Positions 48,113 through 61,329 of a DNA stretch of 64,000 nt are shown here, in pieces. A model generated the notes under the pieces. It did not search any database, was not told the DNA's origin, and saw nothing but the letters and a program-made list of their open reading frames with translations. Each line of letters opens with the position of its first letter. Position 1 is the first letter of the stretch. Where the stretch lies: contig NIVC01003466.1 of the NCBI GenBank assembly GCA_002269645.1, positions 1-64,000 of the forward strand. The letters are read 5' to 3'. This stretch comes from Macrostomum lignano. Taxonomy: Eukaryota. A program made the translations under genes and the position numbers.

Positions 48113-49129
48113 AGGCACTGAGTTGACACCCCAATTTCAGTTTTTTAGCACTAAATTGTCAGCATCTCACCTTCAGAGCTGTCAATATGCATATAAAGCT
48201 AGGGATTGAGGTAAATTTGCTTCAAATTCGCGCATTTGCCAGTGTGCAGTAGCATTTTCCCCGGAGCTATAAGTCTAGAAACTGATGAAGCCACCTCAGA
48301 CACACGCCAGCTCCTCAATAAGAGGAAGGTAAAGCATCATCCATTAGCTGCTAAAAATTACAATTCCCATCTTTGCCAATGTATTTTTAAGCGAAATTCA
48401 GCCCTCAAAAAAGTCATCCGTTCAACGCTTGGGTGTTGCAATTTTCTAGACAAGAGCTGAATTAAACATCGCTTTGTATTGTTAAAAATTATTGCAGTAA
48501 TGAGCGTACTACTACTAGTAAGATAATAATTTTTTAGCCTTCTCGTTCTTTGGAAGTGCAAATGTTTTGTAAAATCTGTTTTAAAGAATATCAGAATATG
48601 TACCTGGTTTATGGTCCTGGTTTAAGAGTATAATATATCTATAAATACAATTAACAAAAGAGTCAATGCAGGTAACATTCCCACCCTGACAATTAATTGA
48701 TAAAATTAAATTAAATCAGTGTTGTGAATTACTACAATTATTAAAATCGATTCAAACAATAATCTAGCCCTATTATACACTACTATGCATATGAGTAGCA
48801 TATAAGTAGTAGTTAACTTTTTTTTGTTTAAAGAAACGCACCGACAGTTAAAAGAAAAGCCATTGCGCGCACGCTTATTACTGGCCATTGTGTGTTCTTT
48901 CTGCTTTTTGTTTCTATAGACTTTTGATCCAGCCCTAAATTCTCAGCAGTTTCACTGTCTATTATATTTACTGGATTATAAAGCATAAATAAAACACCTG
49001 TTGTGCGACTCTTCTTGCGCCAGTCAATAACTATTTCTGTTGTGTTTAAAATGCGTTTATTATCTGTCTATGCGCTTCATTTCATTTATCCCTAAGAGAT
49101 ACTGAGGCTCTTTTTTGTAAGTTGAGAGC

Positions 49130-49650
49130 TGCCACCTCAATACCTGATCCTAACACCTCACTACCTGATCCTAACACCTCACCACCTGATCCTAACACCT
49201 CAATACCTGATCCTAACACCTCAATACCTGATCCTAACACCTCAATACCTGATCCTAACACCTCAATACCTGATCCTAACACCTCAATACCTGATCCTGA
49301 CATCTCAGTACCTGATCCTAACACCTCAATACCTGATCCTAACACCTCAATACCTGATCCTAACACCTCAATACCTGATCCTAACACCTCAATACCTGAT
49401 CCTGACATCTCAGTACCTGATCCTAACACCTCAATACCTGATCCTAACACCTCAATACCTGATCCTAACACCTCAATACCTGATCCTAACACCTCAATAC
49501 CTGATCCTAACACCTTACTACCTGATCCGGACACATCGCACCACCTGATCCTGACAACCTCACCACCTGATCCTGACACCTCACTACCTGATCCTGACAC
49601 CCCAATACCTGATCCTGACACCCCAATACCTGATCCTGACACCTCACTAC
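49130..49650. repeat. 21-bp minisatellite (CCTGATCCTAACACCTCAATA)
   Basis: About 24 units. Confidence 0.93.
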
Positions 49651-50444
49651 CTGAGTCACCCGGATCCACCAACTTCATAATTCCTAAAGCATAAGAAATA
49701 AAATATAGCTGGCACACAGGGTGCTCGTCACAGTTTAATCCGGACTTATCAACCCTTGGAATTTGCTAAAAATTACACAATTGCCTTGATATATTTTGTA
49801 GAAAAAAAGACAATTTCTTTACAAATTGAGAATCAATGCATTGCGATCAACCAATCAATATTGCAGGTAATTCAGCAAAAACAGTGTAAAATCAACAATT
49901 ATTATATACAACAGCTGATTAAAGGTGCCATCAGTATGTACATATGAGAAATGATGACATAAAAGCATAGTGCAGTTTTGCGACTTTTCTAGGTTAAGCG
50001 GTTTAAAACACAAATTAACAGATTAGAAAACAAACTGCACTGATAGATTTCTAAAACATTTATAAATAAACAGCTGCAAAATCTGCTCATTGCAAAAAGA
50101 CTCATCAAGACTAGCTCATTGTAACAATAGGGAAAAATAATGAGTAATATTACAGCTAATTTAAGCCAAGCTTAATGTACACTATTATCGTACGTAAATA
50201 AATTCACCTTCCATACAAGAGATGCATGCTTCGAGCATTAGAATATTTTTTGTCTAAAAAAATTGAAAAAAAAACATTTAAAACGGCAAGCATAATTACG
50301 CGCACTGCATACTACTGTTATCGGCTGAATGCGTTTTTGGGAATTTTTTGTGCTAAAAAAATCTCACTTCAGCGGGTAGAAGGAGCAGTGAAGGATTTGC
50401 TTGTATACAGTCTGAGGCACATCGCACTAGTGTGAGATCACCAA

Positions 50445-51103
50445 TGAGCTCTCAGCTACGATCATGAGATCCCAATGAGATCTCAGCTCCGATCATGAGA
50501 TACCAATGAGATCTCAGCTCCGATCATGAGATACCAATGAGATCTCAGCTCCGATCATGAGATCCCTATGAGATCTCAGCTCCGATCATGAGATCCTAAT
50601 GAGATCTCAGCTCCAACCATGAGTTCCCAATGAGATCTCAGCTCCGATCATGAGATCCTAATGAGATCTCAGCTCCGATCATGAGATCTCAGCTCTAATT
50701 AGGAGATCCAAATGAGATCTCAGCTCCGATCATGAGATCCAAATGAGATCTCAGCTCCGATCATGAGATCCCAATGAGATCTCAGCTCCGATCATGAGAT
50801 ACCAAGCTCAGATGAGATTCCAAGCTCAGGTGAGATCTCAAAGATCAGATGAGGTCTCAAAGCTCAGATGAGGTCTCATAGCACAGATGAGGTCTCAAAG
50901 CACAGATGAGATCTCAAAGCTCAGATGAGGTTTTCAAGCTCAGGTGAGATCTCAAAGCTCAGATGAGGTCTTCAAGCTCAGGTGAGATCTCAAAGCTCAG
51001 ATGAGGTCTTCAAGCTCAGGTGAGATCTCAAAGCTCAGATGAGGTCTTCAAGCTCAGGTGAGATCTCAAAGATCAGATGAGGTCTCAAAGCTCAGATGAG
51101 GTC
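50445..51103. repeat. Compound array: 31-bp unit, then a 38-bp dimer of 19-bp units abutting the semaphorin stop
   Basis: ATCATGAGATCCCAATGAGATCTCAGCTCCG, then CAGGTGAGATCTCAAAGCT/CAGATGAGGTCTTCAAGCT. Confidence 0.9.
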
Positions 51104-51595
51104 CCACTCGTTAATCCGGTGATCAACTGGCGCATCATCGGCAAAGGCAGCCACAGCGGCCAGACTGTCGATGCTCGGCGGCCTCCAGCCGTCCAGCGAG
51201 GACAGAGCGGCAGAGTTACGCAGAGGCGGCTGCTGCGGGCGCGGGTTAGTGGCGTAGTCGTTCTCCACCGCGTGCTGCGTCGCCGCTGTCCCCGTCGCAG
51301 CGGCAGTCCCCGTTTGTCGTTCGTTGCTCGCCGACAAAGTCGGCGACAAATTGTCCTGATTGCTACCGACGTCGGGTCGGTGACGCTTCAACAACGACGA
51401 ACACGACGCTGCGTCGGTCAGTGGCCGCGGCGGCGGCGGCAGCGGCTGGCCGGGCGGCAGTTTCCGCCTCCGCCTGCTGCGCAGTCGCCGCCCGGCCAGG
51501 AAGCCGGCAGCGAAGCCGACGGCACCGAAGGTGGCCAGAACGGCGACGAAAGCGCCGACGGGCACCCGGGCGGCGGCTGCGTTGTCGGACGAGGA

Positions 51596-51635
<40 letters not shown>

Positions 51636-54394
51636 GAGGCCGAGGCTGGGCTGGTGTCGTAAGGCTGCAGCCGGTGGCTTGGCGACTCTTCGACACCGTT
51701 TTCGATGGCGGCTTGGATCGCCGCATCATCGACTGCGTTGTTGGCTGGTGGCTGCGGCGGCGGCGGCGGCGGTGGCAACAGGCGCGATCTTTGCGGAGAT
51801 CTAATCTCGGAATCGACACCTGAAATGAGGGGTTTTGGAATTCAAATTAAAAGTGTCTTCTTATCAGATTCTTCGAACTTTATTGAATAGGGATTTCTGG
51901 ACTTTGTGAATGGGTATTTATCAGACTGGTGAATAGGGATTTCTCAGACTGGTGAATGGGGATTTCTCAGATTGGTGAATGGGGATTTATCAGATTGGTG
52001 AATAGGGATTTATCAGATTAGTAAATGGAGATTTATCAGATTGGTGAATGGGGATTTATCAGATTGGTGAATGGAGATTTATCAGATTGGTGAATGGAGA
52101 TTTATCAGATTGGTGAATGGAGATTTATCAGATTGGTGAATGGAGATTTATCAGATTGGTGAATAGGGATTTATCAGATTAGTAAATGGAGATTTATCAG
52201 ATTGGTGAATGGGGATTTATCAGATTGGTGAATGGAGATTTATCAGATTGGTGAATGGAGATTTATCAGATTGGTGAATGGAGATTTATCAGATTGGTGA
52301 ATGGAGATTTATCAGATTGGTGAATAGGGATTTATCAGATTAGTAAATGGAGATTTATCAGATTGGTGAATGGAGATTTTTCAGTACATTCCCCTTAGTG
52401 AATTGGGGATATACTGGTAGCTGAATATACATTATATATATTTCCACAGATCAATAGCCCTCTAAAAGAGGGCTAAAAAGCTGTCTTTCAAGCAAAATTA
52501 CAACCCAGCAATGTGTTGCCTCGAAAGCAGAGAAACCCGAAGCCACTCTACTAGCAGGCAGGAAAATTGAGCCAGCAGGAGGGGCAGGAAATGCAAAAAA
52601 AGAAATAAAAACCACAAGGCATCGAGGATTAAGCAGAGCTGCTAGATAGGACAGCTTGTATCTGTGCGAATTTCTAATTGTAGCCAAAAGCTGCAGTTCT
52701 GTTTATACAAACCCCAACAGCCCAGAATCTAAACGAAAACAGATTGAGAAAAATAAACCAGTGCAGAGCAGGCACACAGCAACTGGAATTTGCGTGTGAA
52801 CATTGTGACCCTGTGCGGCAACCACCTTACTCCGATTGCGCGCCAAAAAACCTGGCCACGGAAAAACTAAAAGAGCAATAGGAAAAGGCAGTAACAGCAA
52901 AAGCAGAAGCAGTATTTCTCTTAACATCTGCTTATGGACTTTTGTAGCGCGATTAATTTCCTAATTTTCTAAGTCCATTTGAAAGGGGTTAATTTATGGA
53001 CATATTGCTACTTGTACTAAGTGTTTGATTGAAAAAAATATTTACATTTCCACTATCGGGTGCGGCTTTGATCCGCTTCACTTTTCTTAGTCACATCTCT
53101 GCACACCCGCATTCCACCTCTACCCGCTCCACTCTCTACTCTCCATTGCACTCTCTATCCCTTATTCATCTCTATCCCTCATTGCACTCTCTACCCCCCG
53201 TTCCACTCTCTACCCCCGTTCCACTCTCTACCCCCCCCCATTCAATTCTCTACCCCCCGTTCCACTCTCTACCCCCGTTCCACTCTCTACCCCCCATTTC
53301 ACTCTCTACCCCCCGTTCCACTCCCTTACCCCCCGTTCCACTCTCTACCCCCCCATTCCATTCTTTACCCCCCGTTCCACTCTCTACCCCCCATTCCATT
53401 CTTTACCCCCCGTTCCACTCTCTACCCCCCATTCCATTCTTTACCCCCCGTTCCACTCTCTACCCCCATTTCACTCTCTACCCCCGTTCCACTCTCTACC
53501 CCCGTTCCACTCTCTACCCCCATTTCACTCTCTACCCCCATTTCACTCTCTACCCCCCGTTCCATTCTTTTCACAGCTATGAGGGCCAACCCCCAAGGCA
53601 CCGAGAGTGTACATGTCTGATGATTAGAAAGTCGTACACCCTGAGTGAGCGTGTGTATGAATGCGTGCCTGCGTACAGCATTGGCGCTTGTATGTGCTCA
53701 GGAGTCAGCGGAGTGGGCAGAATTGTGTGGAACGATGCCGCCGAAGGTATTTCAGCGTCTGTGTTTACTCAAACCCATAAAAAAGCGATAAACAAGCAAG
53801 AAACAGATCGTCTAAAGAGTTAAAGCATCCTAGAAAAACACTAGTTTAAAAGCAAAGGCGCCCCTGCACATTGTTGAATTTTTGAGGCTATTCTGGCCCA
53901 GAAAGCCGAAACAGGCGCAGAGTTGCTCGATTAGCAATTCCATTCCATTAGCGAGAAAGAGTGGGCGGGCGGGGTGCGGAGAGTAGCGAAAGGAAGCAGC
54001 AAAGGAAATTCCAGGGCGACCAGCCTAATTACCAAAGCAGCGAAGAGATCATTGGAGGGGAGGGGGCCTTTGAAAAAAATGAGGAGAGAAAGCCACTGCG
54101 AGGAAAGCTGGACAGCTGCTCAGAGTGATGAAGCACGAATGCTGCTTGAGAATCTCAGAAGAACTGGTCTTCAGGCTCGCGTGCGTGGGAGAGGGAAGGA
54201 GAGCTGGACGGGAAATGGGCCAAGCTGATGCAGAGAACAGATGGCTTGAGGGGACGGCACGGGATGCTGCGCTGCGGTCGGCCTGAACACGGCACTGTTC
54301 AACTTTTTTAACCATGAAATTAGTATAATTACCCATGACGGGCAGGGTGTGAAAGTAAAAGATGAGAATGCGACAGAGTCTAAGAGCTTAGCCA

Positions 54395-54471
<77 letters not shown>

Positions 54472-54474
54472 CTA

Positions 54475-54551
<77 letters not shown>

Positions 54552-54570
54552 CTAAGACAGACAGACAGAC

Positions 54571-54607
<37 letters not shown>

Positions 54608-54610
54608 CTA

Positions 54611-54674
<64 letters not shown>

Positions 54675-57600
54675 TGACAGACAGACAGACAGACAGACAG
54701 ACTGACTGACAGACAGACAGACAGACAGACAGGCAGGCAGGCAGGCAGGCAGACAGACAGGCAGGCAGACAGACAGGCAGAGCTGCAAGTGACCTCACAA
54801 GAGGTCAGAATCAGCAAATGCAGGTCGGCCACAGACCCGCCCACTCAAGCGTCTTCAGGCCACCCGCAGCCCCTCAGTAAAAATGTAAAGCCGGAAATTT
54901 TGACACAAGCCATTTTTCCTTCGGACGTTAAGAATGAAAACAATGAGAACGGGAGTTCAACCCGGTGGGAGGGGGGGGGGTTCAATGGACAGTGCAGTAC
55001 AATGCGCGTGAATATAGTTTCACACAATACATTACTGAAGCTTCAACCCACAGGGAAGTTGCGTGTACAATCGGGCTTGCGGGAATTCAGGGTAGAGAAA
55101 AAGAGACTATAAGATCATAAATCACCTGCGCAAATCCTCCAAGAGAGTTGAGAGCCTCACCCAGCCCACTTCTCACACTCTGTGGCTCCAGTTTCTAACT
55201 GCATAGCGGCAGGAGTCACTGGGCCACACTGTGAGATGAGGGCGTGTGGCTTTGGGCATTGTGGAAGTTTTTATATAACTGGGGAATGAGAGAGCGGAAT
55301 GAGCACGCGAGGGGAGACAGGGAGACAGACGTTACTTTTAATTGAATTGTAGCTTTTAAAGGTCTGAGCCACACGCACTCTATGGTAGCTAGTGCAGACA
55401 ATATCTAACAAAGCATTGCTTGCATGGAAGTACCGGTATTGCATGCAATGAGAGAGAAAGGGGGGTCCGGGAGTCCAGGGAACCGAGGAGAAAAGGGAAG
55501 GAGAGGGGAGAGGGAGAGAAAGAGGGAGAAGGGAGAAAAGGAAGAGGGAGAGAGAAAGGGGAGAGGGAGAGAAAGGGGAGAGGGAGAGAAAAGGGAGATA
55601 AAGGGGAGAGGGAGAGAAAGGGGAGAGGGAGATAAAGGGGAGAGGGAGAGAAAGGGGAGAGGGAGAGAAAGGGGAGAGGGAGAGAAAGGGGAGAGGGAGA
55701 GAAAGGGGAGAGGGAGAGAAAGGGGAGAGGGAGAGAAAGGGGAGAGGGAGAGAAAGGGGAGAGGGAGAGAAAGGGGAGAGGGAGAGAAAGGGGAGAGGGA
55801 GAGAAAGGGGAGAGGGAGAGAAAGGGGAGAGGGAGAGAAAGGGGAGAGGGAGAGAAAGGGGAGAGGGAGAGAAAGGGGAGAGGGAGAGAAAGGGGAGAGG
55901 GAGAGAAAGGGGAGAGGGAGAGAAAGGGGAGAGGGAGAGAAAGGGGAGAGGGAGAGAAAGGGGAGAGGGAGAGAAAGGGGAGAGGGAGAGAAAGGGGAGA
56001 GGGAGAGAAAGGGGAGAGGGAGAGAAAGGGGAAAGGGAGAGAAAGGGGAGAGGGAGAGAAAGGGGAGAGGGAGAGAAAGGGGAGAGGGAGAGAAAGGGGA
56101 GAGGGAGAGAAAGGGGAGAGGGAGAGAAAGGGGAGAGGGAGAGAGAAAGGGAGAGGGAGAGAAAAGGGAGAGGGAGAGAGGAAGGGAGAGGGAGAGAAAG
56201 AGGAGAGGGAGAGAAAGGCGGAGAGGGAGAGAAAGGGGAGAGGGAGAGAAAGGGGAGAGGGAGAGAAAGGGGAGAGGGAGAGAAAGGGGAGAGGGAGAGA
56301 AAGGGGAGAGGGAGAGAAAGGGGAGAGGGAGAGAAAGGGGAGAGGGAGAGAGAAAGGGAGAGGGAGAGAAAAGGGAGAGGGAGAGAGGAAGGGAGAGGGA
56401 GAGAAAGAGGAGAGGGAGAGAAAGGCGGAGAGGGAGAGAAAGGGGAGAGGGAGAGAAAGGGGAGAGGGAGAGAAAGGGGAGAGGGAAAGGGAGAGGGCGG
56501 AGGTGAGGGGGGAGAATAGACAGTGGCCTGTTGCCATGAGGAGCCCGAGAGGGCAAACTCACCAACGTGATCAACGATGACTGGGCAGTCGGCTGGCAGG
56601 TCATCAACGGAATCATTTTTCCCGGACCTGGAATTGGGGTAAAAAAGCAACAAATTGAAAGCAATTGTGAGCAATAATGCATCAGTTTTAACAGCGCTTC
56701 TACAGGGCGAGTGTCTCCAGAGACAGCGCGTTGATCTGCTACTAGAAGAGCTCTCAAAGAATTGGTTTTCCCCAAAACCCGATAATGTCCAGGGTTAAGC
56801 AACACCAGGAACTAAAAGCAAATGCATTTTTTGTTTGAATACAGTGTCAATCAAGAAAATTGAGGTAAAAATGGGAGAATTTTTTCTAGAGCCACGTCAA
56901 TCAAGGGATTAGCCGGATCAGACAATACGCCACCAGCTGACTCACATCGAGATAATGAAGTCTTAATTACTCGGATTGAAACCATGAATTACCTTTGAGA
57001 TTCAATCTATGACCTCGGTCTGACTTAGCGACCAAGGACCACTAGGAATATGAATTCTCGGCCAGTTCTGCAATCCTAAGTGGTCCCTGGCCACTTCTAC
57101 TATCATAGTGGTCCTCGGCCAGTTCACCTACATGTATTCTAGTGGTCCCTGGCAAAGTCTACTCTTCTAGTGGTCCTCGGTCAGTTCAGCTATCCTAGTG
57201 GTCCCTGGCCACTTCTAGTGGTCCTTGGCCAGTTCAGTTAGTGGTCCTGGGCAAATTCTACTATCATAGTGGTCCTCGGCCAGTTCAGCTATCCTAGTCA
57301 CTATAGTCCTATCCTGGTCCTCAGCCACTTCTAGTGGTCCTTGGACACTTCTACTTTCCTAGTGGAGCTTGACCATTGGTTCTACTCCTAGCGGTCCTTG
57401 CTACCGACATGTATGGAAATTAGCATTTGATATTAGGCTTGGTGGTAAAATCAACTCACCCAGTGATTGAGATCTCCGCGCACCGCATCCCGATGGGATC
57501 CCAGCGACATCCGGGATCCCTCCTGCAGACGGGGCAGTCGGTCCCTGCCTGTCGGCATCCGGGCGACAGCGGCGCAGAGGCTGCCCGATCGCCGGAGAAG

Positions 57601-60128
57601 ACGAACAGCCGGCCGTCGCGAACCACAACTCGATCGACTGCGAAGTCGGGCAGAAGGTGCAGCGTCTCCAGAACGGAGCCGGTGTTGGCCAGGACTTTGA
57701 GCACTGCTCCGTTGTCTGGGGGATTGGGATTGGGAAATTAGCATTTGTAGAGGGATGTGACTGATTCTGTGCTCTGAGCACTCTCTGTTGGGTATACTGG
57801 ACTCTGAGCACTCTGGCTCAGACTGTGGAGTGTGTTCGACCCTGGGCACTCTCTGTGGGATTTGAAGGACTCTGGGCGCTGAGCACTCCCGGAGGTGTGC
57901 TGCGGAAACAATTCTGAGCACTCCATGAAAAAAATAGTTGTAAAGGAAGCCATTCTGAGCACTCTCTAAGAAAGAGCATGTGAGGGAACCTATTCTGAGC
58001 ACTCTCTAAGGAAGAACGTGTGAAGGAACCCATTCTGAGCATTCTCTGATGAAGAACGTGTGAAGGAACCCATTCTGAGCACTCTCTGATGAACGTGTGA
58101 AGGAACCAATTCTGAGCACTCTCTAAGGAAGAACGTGTGAAAGAACCTATTCTGAGCACTCTCTGATGAACGTGTGAAAGAACCTATTCTGAGCACTCTC
58201 TGATGAACGTGTGAAGGAACCAATTCTGAGCACTCTCTAAGGAAGAACGTGTGAAAGAACCTATTCTGAGCACTCTCTAATGAAGAACGTGTGAAGGAAC
58301 CAATTCTGAGCACTCTCTAAGGAAGAACGTGTGAAAGAACCTATTCTGAGCACTCTCTAATGAAGAACGTGTGAAGGAACCTATTCTGAGCACTCTCTAA
58401 GGAAGAACGTGTGAAGGAACCCATTCTGAGCACTCTCTGAGGAAGAACGTGTGAAGGAACCCATTCTGAGCACTCTCTGAGGAAGAACGTGTGAAGGAAC
58501 CCATTCTGAGCACTCTCTAAGGAAGAACGTGTGAAAGAACCTATTCTGAGCACTCTCTAATGAAGAACGTGTGAAGGAACCTATTCTGAGCACTCTCTAA
58601 GGAAGAACGTGTGAAGGAACCTATTCTGAGCACTCTCTCATGAAGAACGCATGAAGGAACCCATTCTGAGCACTCTCGGATGAAGAACGTGTGGGGGAGA
58701 GAGCCTGGAACGCTGCATAAGTCAGAAGCATACACACCCATATTACACAGTTAAAGAAAATCACAATGGGACGACGTACAATGTAGCAGAAATGGCATAA
58801 AAAAAGACTACAAATTCAATGCTCTGACTTAGTCAGCTGTGACAGGTTACAAATTTAGTCACAGAAAAGCTAGTATGGCAGCTAGGTGCTTCTAAACATC
58901 GCATCCTGCTGCTATTCAGAGCTTTTAGACAGGCCTTAACAGAAGAATTCAGTCTTCTCCTACTCTAGAGTAGCCATATCGTCTGTAAATACAGTAGCTA
59001 TGCTCAAATTCCTATCTGCTTCAATGCTTGTAATTGCAGTTACTAAAGTACTAAGCAGCATGCAGTCTAACTAACGGCTGCCACACTAGCTGCATACAAA
59101 CTCAGCAAATCATTTACGCAATGCCTATGAGACATGCGGAGCCAAGCACTCTGGCTGGCGGCAAAATTAAAGTGCAAATCATACTGCTGAAGAGATGAGG
59201 CATGCAGTACTTGCTATTCTCGGTGATGGATGGGAGTTGGGGGGGGGCGATTCTGGAAGGGAGTTTGGGCAATTTTTCGGATTTTTATAGACGACTTTTT
59301 TTAACTCATCAATTCTGAATGGAAATTTTGTTGTGGGCGCTTTTCTAGAGGATTAAGAGCGATTTTCTAGAAGATTTAGGGGCGTTTTTTAGGCGATTAA
59401 GGGGCGATTTTCTAGAGGATTGAGGGGAGATTTTCTAGAAGATTGAGGGGTGATTTTCTAGGAGATTGAGGGGCGATTTTCTATAAGATTTAGGGGCGAT
59501 TTTCTAGAGGATTGAGGGTGATTTTCTATAAGATTGAGGGGCGATTTTCTAGAGGATTAAGGGTGATTTTCTAAGAGAAGTGTAGGGGCGATTCTCTAGG
59601 GGATTTAGGGGTAATTTTGTGGGGAATTAAGAGGCGAGTTTCTAGCATATTGAAAAATTCAGAGGGCCATTAAAAACCTGTTGAACACACCTGTGCCCAT
59701 CAGCAGGAGGTCCCTAGGTGGCAAGCCCACGTCAAAGGCGGCAGCCACCGCAGTCACGCGGTGCTTGGCCCCGGCCTGCAGAGTCAGCAGGCTGCTGGCC
59801 ACAAGCGGCCGCGCTACCAGCGGCGCCATCCTTTCGACCTTCAAGTTGCTGAAGCGCAGCCTGCCAGCCTCATCAGGAGTCCAGCTGCAGCTAGTCGGCT
59901 GCGCCCGGCCGCTCCGCCTGGCAAATTCCGACCTTGGCAACCGGCTGGCCGTGTAGGGCGCCTGCCAGGCAGTCCGGTTCAGCTCGATGAAGCTGTCCGC
60001 GCTCGATAGCAGCGCTTCGGCTTCGGCCGCGTCGAAACGGCAGACGGCTTGAAAACCACCGGCTGGCGAGTTCTGGGGCGAGAATAGGCCGTAGAATGCG
60101 CCCGACTGGCTGAACTGAGTGACCTGGT
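51092..60128 (-). CDS. Transmembrane semaphorin (Sema-1a/Sema6-like), 3' portion
   Basis: Exons 60128-59691, 57715-57460, 56627-56563 and 51819-51092, phase-consistent (494 codons plus stop). Sema-like FYGLFS...QAVCRF and LLMGT|DNGAVLKV; PSI domain [16 protein letters not shown]...C; TM segment ending [11 protein letters not shown]; Pro-rich tail. Possible upstream exons at 61101-61029 and 60565 to about 60475 (splice phases unresolved). Confidence 0.78.
51900..52380. repeat. 23-bp minisatellite (GGAGATTTATCAGATTGGTGAAT)
   Basis: About 20 units in the last semaphorin intron. Confidence 0.92.
53130..53570. repeat. C-rich repeat of about 19-20 bp (TTCCACTCTCTACCCCCCG)
   Basis: Semaphorin intron. 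Confidence 0.85.
53580..53725 (+). mobile_element. SINE body fragment (family of 47740)
   Basis: GAGGGCCAACCCCCAA...GTGTACATG...GTACAC...TGCTCAGGAGTCAGCGGAGTGGGCAG. Confidence 0.6.
54396..54778. repeat. (GACA)n microsatellite with CACTAA interruptions, ending in (GGCA)n
   Basis: Same interruption as the 13619-14197 array. Confidence 0.95.
55490..56500. repeat. About 1-kb polypurine array, 17-bp unit AAAGGGGAGAGGGAGAG
   Basis: Almost exclusively A/G on the plus strand. Confidence 0.95.
57930..58690. repeat. 40-bp minisatellite (TTCTGAGCACTCTCTAAGGAAGAACGTGTGAAGGAACCCA)
   Basis: About 19 units in a semaphorin intron. Confidence 0.92.
59330..59640. repeat. About 23-bp degenerate minisatellite (GGGGCGATTTTCTAGAGGATTGA)
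   Basis: About 13 units. Confidence 0.85.
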
Positions 60129-60159
60129 CTGCAAGCGAGCGGGGGGAGTTGTCTATGGC

Positions 60160-60350
60160 TTAGACTGAATAGTCTATGGCTCGGACGGGATATTCTATGG
60201 CTCAGATTGGATAGTCTATGGCTCAGACTGGATAGTCTATGGCTCAGACTGGATAGTCTATGGCTCAGACTGGATAGTCTATGGCTCAGACTGGATAGTC
60301 TATGGCTCAGGCTGGATAGTCTATGGCTCAGACTGGAAAGTCTATGGCTG
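60160..60350. repeat. 21-bp minisatellite (GGCTCAGACTGGATAGTCTAT)
   Basis: About 9 units. Confidence 0.88.
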
Positions 60351-61329
60351 TTTTAATATGGCTTAGACCAGTTTTTTATCACAAATTATCAACAGTATCA
60401 AGTTTCCTAGAGAGTGAAGCTAAGCTAGCTGCAATAAATCGATATATTTTGTGCAATGCTAAGTCCGACTACATTCCTATAGGCCCCGTAGCCCAAACTC
60501 GAATTTTCTCCCTGCTCATCGGCGGCACAGCGGAACTGGGAACATGAAGCCAGCACGACGGCTGGCTGGGAAAGAAATCAATGAGACACTTCAGCTGCTA
60601 GGCAATAGCGTCATAAAAATTTTGAGGCATCGGCTCCTCGGGGTTGAACATGAGAGATCATATTTTTGACCTCGAAACTTTCTTAAGGTCACTGGCCGGC
60701 ACTCGACAGTGGAGATTCTAATTTTGGGACTATTGATTAGCGATGGGGAGGACTGTGGCATAAGATTTTTGTCAACACGTTTCGCTTCCACCCCCCCCCA
60801 GTTTTAGTGATGATGATGAAGGAGCGAAGGGTAGACGGGCCCAGTCTCCGGGGCAAGCTGGAAGTGGACTCAAATCGAACTCTCCAGTGCTCCTCTACTC
60901 ATATAGAAGCTACAAGCAGAGCGGCGCAAATCCCTGTGGAAATTAAAAAGGAAATTGTCTGGCGGGTTGCGTCACAGGCCCGCTTAATCAATAGGCTGCT
61001 CCCAACAGAGGCTTCTGGGCTTCCTCACCCGGTTTCTCTGCACGCATATTGCACTGCTCAGCTCCTCAGATCCCATATGGCACACGCTATTGCCATAATT
61101 ACTGCTAAATTAATCAACCATTCCTAGCTGAATGGCTCTCTTAATGCTCAGTTCAAACAGCTCAAAGACGGATACTTCACCTCAGGTACATCGTATGAAA
61201 GTCAACTGGTATAAAATGCCCTAATACGAATATTAGATAATAAAATGTGAAACTTCGATATAACACTGATTAAGAAATTCATCTTTCTCGATTTTAGTCT
61301 CTCTCTCTCTCTGCATATTCATATTTATC

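Noticed and set aside
53600-53640. CTGATGA-TTA-GAAAGTC inside a SINE body
   Set aside because: No stem II or III, and not conserved in the other SINE copies.
55271-56805. [10 protein letters not shown] and GERERKGR ORFs of 360-467 aa
   Set aside because: Translations of the polypurine array; only 56627-56563 is exon.
58141-58200. CTGATGA-ACGTGT-GAAA-GAACCTATTCT-G in some 40-bp units, resembling a hammerhead
   Set aside because: Position 17 is G (non-cleavable), stems I and II are only 2 bp, and most units lack GAAA; likely chance.
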